A stretch of 64,000 bases of DNA from Calcarisporiella thermophila CBS 279.70 (Eukaryota; Fungi; Calcarisporiellomycota): assembly GCF_041956535.1 (NCBI RefSeq), contig NW_027192209.1:74092-138091 (forward strand), in the 5' to 3' direction. A program made the position numbers and the translations under genes. Positions 13,146 through 24,560 of this stretch are shown here, piece by piece. The notes beneath the pieces were generated by a model. It worked only from the letters and a program-made list of their open reading frames with translations. It made no database searches and was not told the origin of the DNA. Position 1 is the stretch's first letter. Every line of letters begins with the position of its first letter.

Positions 13146-15170
13146 TTACGCAACTCGAATAATGCCCGCGTTGATCAGCTTTCGAATGTTGGCTGCCACC
13201 GACGGGTTCTTCATGTGCTCCTGTGCGGCACGCGGGTCTTGCTGCATCTGCTGAAGAATGGACTGCATGACCGGATCGCCCAAAATGCGCGCGATCTCGG
13301 GGTCACTGGCAGCCCGCTTCATCGTCTCTTCCTGGCTCTCATTCTGATATGCTTGGCTCATAGCCACATTGCACTTGAATACTTGCTGGTCGATCTCGGC
13401 CGAGTTCTTGTTATCCTTGTCGTGCTGCTTGGCAAGCTCGCAAGTTTCAAGACACTTGCTGTACTCCTTCTTCATGAACTGGATGGCTGCCTTGCGGATG
13501 TATGCCTTGACTGTAAGAATAAAAAAAAAAGAAAATTGTCAATACCAATGGATATTTGGAGCAGCCAGTAAACATGGTGAGAAAACGTACCAAAGGTGGG
13601 ATCCAACTCGATAGCTTTCTCACAGTCCTTCATCGCCTCGGGCAAAGCCATCAATTTGGTATAGCAGGCAGCGCGATTCGAGTAGCCCCGAGGGTCGTTC
13701 TCGTCCCTCTTGATGGCCTCGGTGTAGTGTGTAATGGCGCCAGAGAAATCGCCCTTCTTGAAAAGCTCGTTGCCAAGCTGGCGTTCTTTCTCTGCCAATT
13801 CCGGGCTGTGATATGCAAGTTTGGCACGGCGTGCCAATTCCTTTTCGGCATCACGGAGCTTGGTGAGGTATTCGGCAGTGCGATGCTCGGTGAGCGATTT
13901 GTTGAAATATTTGATCGCGTTCTCTAGGTCGTCCAGTTTTAGATACGAGTTGCCAATACGGCCAAACGCACGCGCAATCATCTTGTAATCGGCGCGAAGC
14001 TCGCGTCCCACCTCCACTGCTTGCTCACACACCTTAATGCACTCCTCGTACTTGCCCATCTCAAAGAGCACTGCCCCCTTGTTGGTCAGGATGCTGATGT
14101 TGGTGTTATCCAGCTCCCATGCTTTCTCATAGTGCAATAATGCCTCCTCGAACTGCTTTTGCTTGTAGGCTTGGTTTCCGAGCTCCTTTTCCTTCAGGGC
14201 CTCCTCCTTTTGCTTGGCACTTTCATCCTTCTCCTCCGTCTCCATTGGCTCCGGCTCCGGCTCCGGCTCCTTTGCAGCAGTAGGTTTCTCATTGTGGGAA
14301 GCGGACGATGTTCCGCTCGGCACACTGGAGCTTTCTGGCATCTCCGGCATCTCCGGCATCTCCGTTGGCATGTTCGCGTCAATTCCCATCAGACCCATCA
14401 TGGTGGTGAGGATGCGCTTATCCTGCATATGCATGGTGAGCACAGATGGGTTGGCTTGGATCGCCTTAATTTTCTCGACATAGTCGGGCTCCGTGAGATA
14501 GGGGGCAAGTTTGGGGTTGCCGCCGATCTTAGCAAGGATATCGCCAGAGAAGAGACGACCTAGAGCATCCTGAGGGTTGACTAACAAAGCATAAATAGGC
14601 GCATTGTCAGCAAACCAATGCAGTAGAATGTCTACCATCTGTATGGGCTAATACTCACAAGAATTCTCCAGATCTTCCAGTGCCTTCTTTAGCTGAGGAT
14701 TGTTGGGTTCATGCTTGAGTCCTTCACGATATGCTAGGCGTGCTTCGGCCAACCGATTTAACCCATGGAGAGCTGCGCCCTTTCGGCTATACCCCTAGAA
14801 CGCGAGAAAGAAAAGATAAACATTGCTCAGTCAACAAAATCTTCGTTATGGACATTAAATTAATTCGCGTCGTCATTACCTTGCCCCAGTCCTGTTTCAG
14901 AGACACAGTCTTTTCTGCATCCTCCAATGCGCGCTCATATTGTTTTAATGAGGCATAGGAGGCGGATCGGTTCGAGTAGAGTACGTGATTGGTGGGATCT
15001 AACTCAATAGCTTTGGTGAAATGCTCGATGGCTACTTCATAATTCTTTGCAAGAAACGCCTGATTGCCTTTGTTTTTAAATTCTTCAGCCTAGAATTATA
15101 GAAAGGGGAGAGGTTAGACAATGGAGTCTATGAGGGGAAAGTGGGAGAGGAAGGGACTATTTACGCTCAT
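13146..15170 (-). CDS. STI1: Sti1/Hop Hsp70-Hsp90 co-chaperone (TPR1-DP1-TPR2A-TPR2B-DP2)
   Basis: MS|[47 protein letters not shown] and the C-terminal [10 protein letters not shown]...[10 protein letters not shown]. Several GT-AG introns. Confidence 0.95.
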
Positions 15171-15263
15171 GTTTTGAATAGATACTCGAGGGTGGAGTGT
15201 GCAAAGAAGGTCAAGGGACTCTGGATGCGAATTTTTTATTCGAAATTTTGATTTTCCTTGTGC

Positions 15264-15276
15264 TTCTACAAGTTTC
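15264..15276. promoter_or_regulatory. Imperfect heat-shock element upstream of STI1
   Basis: TTCtaCAAgtTTC: three alternating nGAAn units with one mismatch, ~95 bp upstream of the STI1 ATG. Confidence 0.35.
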
Positions 15277-15460
15277 GAGTCTGTCGAGGGATTATCAGCC
15301 ACCCAAAACATTCTTTAAACGACCACTTAATGGAGATTAAACGATCAAAAGCGCTATGTAACTCTTTATAAACGAAAAGGTGAAAAAAAAAATAAACAAC
15401 CGTAAGAGAAACAAAAAATATTAAAAAAATCTATATAGAAGATGTGTAGGTAGGAAGGAT

Positions 15461-16992
15461 TTATTGTTGCTTGCATTCGGGCGCCTTCTCATCTTTTTCC
15501 GCTGGGATCTATTGGAGAGGGGAACAGATTTATAGGTTATATTAACTTATCCCAGTGCTCTTTAAAGGTTAAGACTTACATAGTCATCATCGTCATCATC
15601 GTCTCCATCATCATCCTCCTCCTCGTCGTCATCCTCTTCCTCATAAAGCTCGTCATCCTCGTAGTCGTCCTCTATGCCCTCGAAGTCAAGAGCTTTTCCA
15701 GTGAACCAATCGATGGCGTGAGGAACAATCTGTTTGGCGTTCATCAATAAACATTAGATCACACATATCCCTGGTGAAGCCTCCAAAGTTCCCTGGTTAC
15801 CTTATCCTTGAAAATTTCGCCGAGCTCATAGTCTGCCTCTAGCATTGCACTGAGTTCATGCTCCTCTTCCTCCTCGAGCTCAGAATCCTTTGGCACAGAG
15901 GGTGGGCTGAAGAAGTTGAAGAATGACTCCGTTGGAACAGTCTTCTTCACAACGCGGGTTTCGCCGGAGGACTTATGCCGCTGCTTTTTCTCCTCGATGG
16001 TCACGGTGAGATTCTTGCCCTCCTTCCATTGAATTTCGGTACCCTCGGCACGGTCGTACACATAGTCGCCGCCATAGCCAGGCTTATCCTGGTAGTAATA
16101 CGTCTTCGTCAGGACGGCGTTTGTGAAAAACTCGTTCTCTGCGAATTCAAATTCAAGGCGGAATCCGGGCCGGTCAAAGTAGCCAACACGCACGTCCACA
16201 AGGGACCTGAGCGCCTCTTCGTCAGCCTCGGATATCATCCCGGATATGCGACCATTCGTCTTCATGGCCGAGAGCCAGAATTCGGGAATGCCCACTTCCT
16301 TCTGCCCCTGTTCGTTTGCGCCCTTCTCCTCCTCAGCTCCCTCCTCCTTCTCCTCCTCCTCTTCGTCCTCCTCAGCGGCAATCTTCTCGCCCAGCTTCAC
16401 CTCCTCCTCAGTTGGTTCCTGCTTTCCGACGACGATAGCATTGCGCTTCTCATATAATGGCTGGAAGAGGCCGGCATACTTCTTCTCGAGCTGGAAGATT
16501 TCCTCTTGTAGCTTGATTTCCAATTCGGCATGCTGTGACTGCAAATAACGAAGGGAATTGACGCGGCGTTTTACCTCTGGCGAAAGTGTCTGGATGTAGC
16601 CAGATGATTTTCCGACGAGCTGTCCAAGGCGTCCTTGGATCATGGACAGCATCCGGGGATCATTGAACATTCCTCTGATGTTATCTAAAAGGAGGGATAT
16701 GATAGGCCATCTAGATCATCTAGATGTGATCCAACTTCGAAATGCAAAGATTACCTTTTTCCATATGTTCAGAAATGGTGGGGACGCTCGGAGGCTGCGA
16801 AGAAGCAATGGGTGCGTTGAAAATGGGAGTGTTTTGAGGGGTTGGAGCTGCTGATTCAGAATCTTGAACCTTTTTCCGGATGTCCACACCTTATCGAGAA
16901 AGATCCATGATTCATTGATCATTCATCAATGTTAGTCTCTGAATAAGTAGAAGAAGCTATCAAGGGATGTTACCTGGCCGATTTTGGGACAT
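15461..16992 (-). CDS. NAP1: Nucleosome assembly protein Nap1
   Basis: PTPQNTP, IQGRLGQLVGKSSGYI, GIPEFWL, FFTNAVLTKTY, SFFNFFSPP, IVPHAIDWFTG and an acidic tail. Ends PECKQQ* (TAA at 15461-15463). Confidence 0.95.
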
Positions 16993-17831
16993 GATTCCAA
17001 AACAAAAAAGCTAATATCTTCTTTATAGTTTGAAAACTCAACAAACTTTGACGCACTGCAAGCGCTCAACAAAAGATAATAGTTGCCAAGCCACCGACAG
17101 GATTATTTTTAAAATTTTGCTTGATTTGCTTGTCTATGTCATTAAGAATTTGCGGGTCGAATCATTAAATACTTGTGCATGGGAAGCCCACTCAGTGTTA
17201 ATTTAGCTGTGTTTGTTTTTGCGCATTTCTCCCTCCCGCCGGTCCCATAAGCTGCAAGGGAGAAACGGGAATGCTTCCAAGAGAAGCCCTTCGGCCCAAA
17301 TGGGAAGCCGCGCTTAACACCCACCTCGTAGCATGCTGGCATCCGGAAACCCTACCTGCCCACCAACCCTAATCCATCCGAGAACCCTAACCTCTCGTCC
17401 GGAACCTGCTCTCCCAGTCCGCTGCCGGAAGCGGTAGGCTCTCTGCAGCCGGCCGCTGAGGCTGCTTTCCAGCACGGGTCTGCGCCTAGACCAAGGATGA
17501 GCAAGGGGGAAGGGATGTGAGAAGAGGCATTCGGAGAAGAGCGCTGTTCTCACGATATCGGTCTGTCAAGATATGGTTCGCAGGTTTGCGTCAAAGCATT
17601 CTCCGGCGCCTCTTCCCTGAAATTGCGATGCAATCAATGGCTCTTGCCACATATTAAAACTCTAATGGGTGGTGGCTCTAGAGCACATGACTTTCGACGC
17701 AAGGTTCCATATCTCCCTTGTCCATTTCGGGAATTCTGCTTATAAGACTCTTAGTGAGTGCCCCTTATCGCTTTGCCTATCCTTTCCCTCCCTCTCTTCC
17801 CCCCGTTTCCCACTTATCTCATTCCCCCGCC

Positions 17832-20060
17832 ATGGATTCTGGAGAAAGACGTCTACGTGAGCTCGGCTATAAACAAGAGCTCAAGCGAGAACTCACTACA
17901 TTCAGCAATTACGCCGTTTCACTTTCAATCGTTTGCATTTCGAGCGGACTCACCTCGCTTTTCCAGTACGGCATGAGGACGGGGGGGCCGGTTGTAATTA
18001 TATTCGGTTGGATCATTTCCAGCATCATGACTCTCTCGGTAGCACTTTCCATGGCCGGTAGGTTTGTTGACCTTCCTTTCTTCCTGCCCCTCTAACTTTT
18101 GCGCCCCCTTTTCCCTCCCCTCCCTTTCATACGCTTGTTCGCACCAGAAATATGCTCCTCTTTCCCAACCTCGGGAGGCCTGTACTTCTGGGCCTATTAT
18201 CTGGCCTCTCCTAAATACGCGCCCGTGTCAGCGTTCTTCACCGGGTACTTCAATCTGTTGGGCCAATTCGCTGTATCGGCCTCGATCGATTTTGGCTTGG
18301 TATTCTTCCAGATTCTTACTGCTGATGGGCTTTTTGGTAAACCACCTTGCCATATGTAGGCTCTTATGTTAGGTGGTACAATCTCGTCCGTCGTAGACAC
18401 CTTCGTTCCCACTCCGCCCATCATTATCGCACTCCATTTTGCCATCGTCGCCTCACACTGTATCATGAATTCGCTAGGCATGAAGGTCCTACGAGTATTG
18501 AACGATATCTCGGGGGTGTGGCAAGCCGTTGCGCCGTTCGTGGTAGTCGTGACCGTCTTGGTCTTCTCGCGAAACAATCTGAGAGACGCAGAGTTTGTCT
18601 TTACGCGTAAATATCACAGGGCCCCCCTGATCGATTCATTCTAATTGGATACTAATATAAAGTGGGATTGGCTTTGCAGATTTCGAGAATCAAACTGGCT
18701 TTGCTTCCAGTGCTTATGTGGCATTAATTGGGGTTCTGATGGCACAATACACCCTCACAGGCTACGACGCATCTGCTCACATGGTCGAGTCATTTATTTG
18801 CCCTCTTGACCTATTTCTATGCAACTGACCTCTTTTTCCCTGGTAGACCGAGGAGACAAAGCGAGCCGATGTTGCGGGCCCAGTTGGGATGATCTTGGCC
18901 GTTCTCGTGAGTTTCCTTGTTGGCCTTTTCTTCCTTATCGGCTTGCTCTTCTCAGTGCAAGATTATAACTCAGTCCTCAACACCCGAACCAATTTCCCGG
19001 TCACACAGATCTTACTGGTAAGCGGAGGGCTATAAGCTATTTGTGAGGGAGAAGACTAAGGTTAAATTCTCGTACACTATGGCTGAATTGTCAGGATGCG
19101 ACTGGCCCCACTGGCACAATCATTCTGATGACTCTCCTGATTGTTGCATGTTGGTTCTGTGTAAGGATCACTCGCCATATCGATTGTGTGCTTTTACTAT
19201 CATACTAATATGCTGCACTCTGTACCTCGACGCAGGGCCTAGCCAGCATCACTGCCAATAGCCGAATGATATACGCCTTTTCAAGAGATGGAGCCCTCCC
19301 TGCATCCAAGATATGGCACAGGCTTGGAAGCAATGGAATCCCCCTCAATGCTGTGTTCCTCTCTTCATTCGTTGCATTTATATTGGTAACAAAAATCCCG
19401 CTAGTCTGCTTAGTTATGTCAAGTGTATTCCTCTCAACACCAAACCTGTCAATTCAAACTAGGCTCTACCGTATCTCGGCAACTCTACTGCTTATGGAGC
19501 AGGTATGCTGTCTATTTTCGTTTTCTCGTTTGATCTTCCTCCCCGGTATCCTCCTCTAATGTTTCTTATTTTGGGGTTGTCTATGCTTAGTCACTAGTGT
19601 TGCCACGATTGGCCTTTATCTTTCCTATGGCTCTCCCATTCTCTGCAAGGTGCTGTTCCGCCGGTTCACGCCAGGCGCTTTTCGTCTCCCGTTCTCCACC
19701 CTTATCAACACCATCGCTCTGCTGTGGATAGCCTTCATCACCGTCCTCTTTGTGCTTCCGCAGGTGAACCCCGTCACGGCTGAGTCCATGGTAAAAGACC
19801 ATCTTTTCTTTGTCTCGAATAATATGTCCGTTGAGTCTTTGTTTTTTCTTTTGCTTTGGTTTCTGCCGAGTCAATAGAATTATGCCTCTGTTGCGGTTGG
19901 AGCTCTCACAATAGGAACCCTACTTGGGTGGGTGTTCGACGCGCACCGCTGGTTTAAGGGTCCCGTGGCCAATATTGAGCCGGAGGAGACGCTAGAGTCA
20001 GATTCCCCCTTTAAAGTTACCATGAGTGCGGTTCCCACGGATGAAAAAAATTTAGCCTGA
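17832..20060 (+). CDS. APC-superfamily amino acid/polyamine/GABA permease (UGA4/TPO5/HNM1-like); many exons
   Basis: LGYKQELKREL, GGPV, AEICSSFPTSGGLYFW, GYDASAHM|TEET, SRMIYAFSRDGALP, PGAFRL, NYA...WFKGP. Stop TGA 20058-20060. Confidence 0.9.
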
Positions 20061-20333
20061 CCTTCGCTTCTGTATGTATTCCAGAGCCATATCTATCTAT
20101 TAACTTATAAATATCGAATAATTTATTGAAGAAAATCAAAAAAGGAGTGTTGGAAGAATAGAGAAACAAGAATGAGAAGGAATGTATATAGACAACATAG
20201 AAATAGTGGGAGAAGAAAAAAAATAAATATTTGAATTGCTCGATCTCTTACATTGAAAAAAAAAAGAAAGGAAGAAGCTGAGAGGAAAAAAAGTGCCAAA
20301 AGAAATTCACATTCGTACAAAAGGATTTGTTTT

Positions 20334-21082
20334 TTAGACATACTGCAGCTTGAGTGCATAATCCACTCCGCTTCTTCGTAATTTCTCCATCACTCGACGG
20401 TTTCGTTCCTCCTCGTCCATCTCCTTGAGTAAAATTACATTGGCCAAAAATGCAATGACATCTAGAGTGTCGAAGCCAAACAAAGTAGTGTAGACAACGG
20501 TCAAAAAATTGGTACCTCGGTCAATAATCATCTTGCCGCATCCTGGGAACACAGAGAGGGGGGTGCAAATGTCGGATGGCACAGCATTGTCCCTTGGGTT
20601 CATGAAGCCGCAGCATCTGTTACGGTTCTGGAAGTTAGCTCGCGTAGCAGTGGAGAGTTTAGCCCAGCTATTTGGAAGGGACTCGAAGAGTTGCAGCGAA
20701 TCGAACCAGGGAATGCTGGCAATGACCAGCTCAATCATAAAGATGACTAGGAGAATCCAGTTGGCTATGATGAGATAGTTCTTTTGCCGAACCATGGGAA
20801 GGCCACCCACCAGGGACAGCACGCCCACAAATAAGCTCATACCGCCAGCAATCATGCCCACTAAGAAACAGAAATGAGGGTACGGTCAGAATGATGATGG
20901 AAATGCATCATGACTCATCTAGCAATAGGAAACCTACCCAGTTCGAGATGTCGTGACATTACCAGATCACGGATGAATTCATCCTGGAAATACCAGACGG
21001 TAGGGAAGGTAAGCAATATAATACCCTTTGCTAGGAAAGCAAGGGTGATTAAATGCTGCACAAGTCGCACCCTGCTGTACAT
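20334..21082 (-). CDS. Tetraspanin (fungal Pls1/Tsp-like); 2 exons (~20938-21082, 20334-20860)
   Basis: Four hydrophobic segments after splicing (exon 1 begins MYSRVRLVQHLITLAFLAKGIILLTFPTVW). The large loop has CCGF plus two further Cys, and the tail is charged (EEERNRRVMEK). Confidence 0.8.
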
Positions 21083-21539
21083 GAAGAAAAATCAAACCAG
21101 TTGATTTAGGAAGAGATGCTGGCGATGTATATGTAGAATGGAATTGAATGAAGGATGGGATGATACGCTATAATTAATAATCAAACAATGGGCGAATGAG
21201 AAAAAAAAAATAGAAAATATAAAATAAAAGGGTGGGCTCCGTTCTCAAGAAAATATAGATATGCTTCAAGAAAAGGATTCGATTCCCGTAGCCGAGCGGA
21301 ACAAAGAACGTCCGTGTACAACACCCGTCAAGGACCCAGAATTAGGCGGGCGCAGCATCGAAAATTAAGCACCCTTCACCTTCCATATCGAAGATATAAA
21401 CACTCCCCTGTCAATTTCAAACCAAGCATGAAGTTTTATTGGCAACATTGCAGATGCTATATCCTCCTACACACACATATAAAACAAGATAGAGCAGATG
21501 TCTGGTTTGTCTGCCATGTTATTTGTAATCGAATAAAGA

Positions 21540-23817
21540 CTACAAGTTTGTATCCCAAGGCTTTTCCAGCAGATCGGGAACCTCGCGTCCCTTGTAGTAA
21601 TCCACCACCTGGCGCACCTTCCTTGAGATATTCTGAGGCGTGAACCCGAAATGCTCATACACCTTGGTGTAGGGTCCACTCGAACCAAAGGTGTTCATTC
21701 CGATGGGGGCATGCGCATACCTAGTCCACCCAAATGGACTCAGCGCCTCCAGCGAAACTATCGGAATGCCGTGGCCAAGAACGTCTCGGCGATACTCGAT
21801 GGGCTGCTCTTCGAACAGCTCTTGGCAAGGCATCGACACGACTCGGACCTGCAGGCCTTGCTTGGCGAGCTCGTCTGCAGTGGCCACACAGATTGAAGTT
21901 TCCGAACCAGTCCCGATGAGGATCACCTGCGGATTCGCCACGTCCCGTAGTACATATCCTCCTCGGAGCGTCTTCTCGATCGACGAGCCCTCGAGATGCG
22001 GAAGATTCTGACGCGATAGGGATATGACGGAAGGACGCGTGCGATTGCGTAGCGCAATTGCATAGCAGCCGCTGGTCTCATTGCCGTCCGCGGGACGAAG
22101 TACAAGCATGTTGGGTGTTGCGCGGCACAGCGCTAAAGTTTCGATTGGCTGGTGCGTTGGCCCATCCTCCCCAAGACCAATCGAATCGTGGGTCATCACA
22201 TAAATTACCCCGAGTTGTGACAGCGCAGAGAGGCGCGCAGCGCCCCAAGCATAGGTAAGGAAGTTAAGGAAAGTGCCTCCGAAGGGTATAAACCCTCCAT
22301 AAGCCGCCATTCCATTCATAACACCGGCCATGGCATGCTCACGCACTCCGTAGCGCAGGTAGCGCCCAGAGTAGTTGCCAAGCTTCGTACTGGGAGGCTG
22401 AAAGTCGACTGCATCCGGCCAGCGCGTCAGGTTAGATCCAGTCAAATCGGCAGAGCCCCCAATCATCTCGGGGATGACCCCGACCAGCTTCGTGAGCACC
22501 GTTTCCGACAACTTACGGGTTGCAACCGCCTTATCGCTGGGGCTGAACTGAGGCAATGCGGCCTCCCAGTTGGGCGGCAGCTGATTCTTGTGTCGTCGCT
22601 TGATTTCCTCCGCCTCCTTCGGATATTTCTGCGCATATTTCTCGAAGAGTTGGTTCCACTCCTGGTGTTTTTTGCGCCCGCGCTCTGCGCAGGCTCGATA
22701 ATGGTCATAGGTTGCCTGGGGAACGTGGAAAAATTGCTCAGGATCGAATCCAAGTTTGCGCTTCACCTCCTTGATGTCCTCCGGATCGAGTGGCGCACCA
22801 TGGACTTTTTCTTTTCCTTGCAGTTTCGATCCATAACCAATGGTGGTGCGCAGCTTGATCATGGACGGTTTATCTTTGACGCGTTTCGCTTCTTCGATGG
22901 CGCGATTCAGGGTTGAGATATCGTTGTCTCCATCTCCAACCACCTGGCAATGCCAACCGTAGGCTTCAAACCGTTTGTATACATCCTCTGTGAATGAGAG
23001 CGCGGTATCACCATCAATCGTGATACTATTATCATCGTAAATTGCTATCAAATTGCCCAGCTGAAGATGCCCAGCAAGCGAGGCAGCCTCCGATGCAATT
23101 CCTTCTTGAAGACAGCCATCGCCCATGATCATGTAGACATGGTGGTCAAACAAGTCAAACCCGGGTCGATTGTAAGTTGCCGCCATATGCTCACGTGCAA
23201 TTGCCAGGCCGACTGCATTGGAGACTCCTTGACCCAGTGGGCCAGTGGTCACTTCAACGCCGGGCGTTAAATGGTTCTCAGGGTGACCTGGAGTTCTATC
23301 AGGGAGGAATAGAAGGATGGTAAGTGAAATAAGGAAAAAAACATCGAATACTATCCAGCAAAGTTACGCACTTGCTTTCCACCTGACGGAAGCTCTTCAA
23401 GTCTTCCATAGTGACATCATAGCCCAGAAAGTGAAGCATAATATACTGAAGTGCACAAGCATGCCCATTGGAGAGCACAAATCTATCCCTGTTGTACTAT
23501 CATGAAATAATAAGAAAGAAAGAAAAATAAGTGAAATATTGTGGAAATTGTGGCAAAACAAGTGTATCCAAATATATACCCAACTAGGGTCGCTAGGGTC
23601 GCAATTAATATGGTTTGTCCACAACACATGTGCCAATGGCGCACATCCCATAGGTGCTCCTGTATGGGGAGTAGTACACATTTGTATAACTTGGGCTTAT
23701 TTCGTGACATTATAAGTACTCACCTGGATGCCCACTGTCGGCTTTCCTCACAACATCAGCGGCAAGGGTTCGAATAGTGTTAATGCACAGCCAGTCTTTA
23801 TTCTGATTTTGGGTCAT
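21540..23817 (-). CDS. TKL1: Transketolase
   Basis: [12 protein letters not shown]...SGHPG|[52 protein letters not shown]. Confidence 0.97.
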
Positions 23818-24560
23818 TATTTTAATTTAAAGTCTTCTTCTGATAACGCGAAAAATGGTAAATAAGAATTGTGGAAGGGTCTTCGAAGCAGGGGGGAAAA
23901 ATGAAGATTTTACTGGGGGTTTAGCCTGATATAAAAGAGAAAGGAACGCCACTCACCACGGGAGCAAAATGAATATGCAGTCACCTTACAATCGGGTTTA
24001 AAATGAACATACGTTTTCACTCCGATGCTTAATTAGGACTCAGAAGAGTGGTGATGTCGTAGGTTACTACTGCCCCTAACCCCGGATAGGAAATGCACTC
24101 TTGACATTGTCGTCATACCGAGAGAACTTCCAAAGTATCGGTCAAACAACGGCTATTATCGAGGCGCAACCCGAGAGTATCAGGTTGAGCTTCCCATCTA
24201 TGGCGACAAAGCATATCTGATATCATCGACTTCAGATGTGGTAGTAGCGGTGTTTTATGGTCGCGAATGTTTAACCAGTATTTGACTTATTTTACAGACA
24301 AAGCGAGCATATATCGCTTAAATTCTAGACCGGAGAGGCTATATATAATAATTTAAAATTGTTGGTAAAAAAAGGAAAAGACAATGAGTAAAAATAATAA
24401 ATGAGAAAAAAGGGAAAATAAAATTTACACAATAAAATAAACAAAAAAAGGGCTCCTGCTACAACTGAAAACATGCTTCATTCATAATTCGCGTATTATA
24501 CAAAAAAAACCTTTAAATGATATTCTCAGTGTTCTCGCTAAGAAATCTAGTGTTATAATG

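Noticed and set aside
17575-17600. SRP helix-8-like CAGG...AGCA
   Set aside because: No GNRA loop, no helix 6 or Alu domain, and no Pol III T-run terminator.
21275-21299. B-box-like GGATTCGATTCCC next to A-box-like TAGCCGAGCGG (tRNA or Pol III element?)
   Set aside because: The order is wrong, the boxes abut, and there is no cloverleaf or acceptor stem.
24040-24240. Possible C/D snoRNA upstream of transketolase (GTGATGT...CTGA, small hairpins)
   Set aside because: The C box is imperfect, and there is no terminal stem or recognisable rRNA guide.
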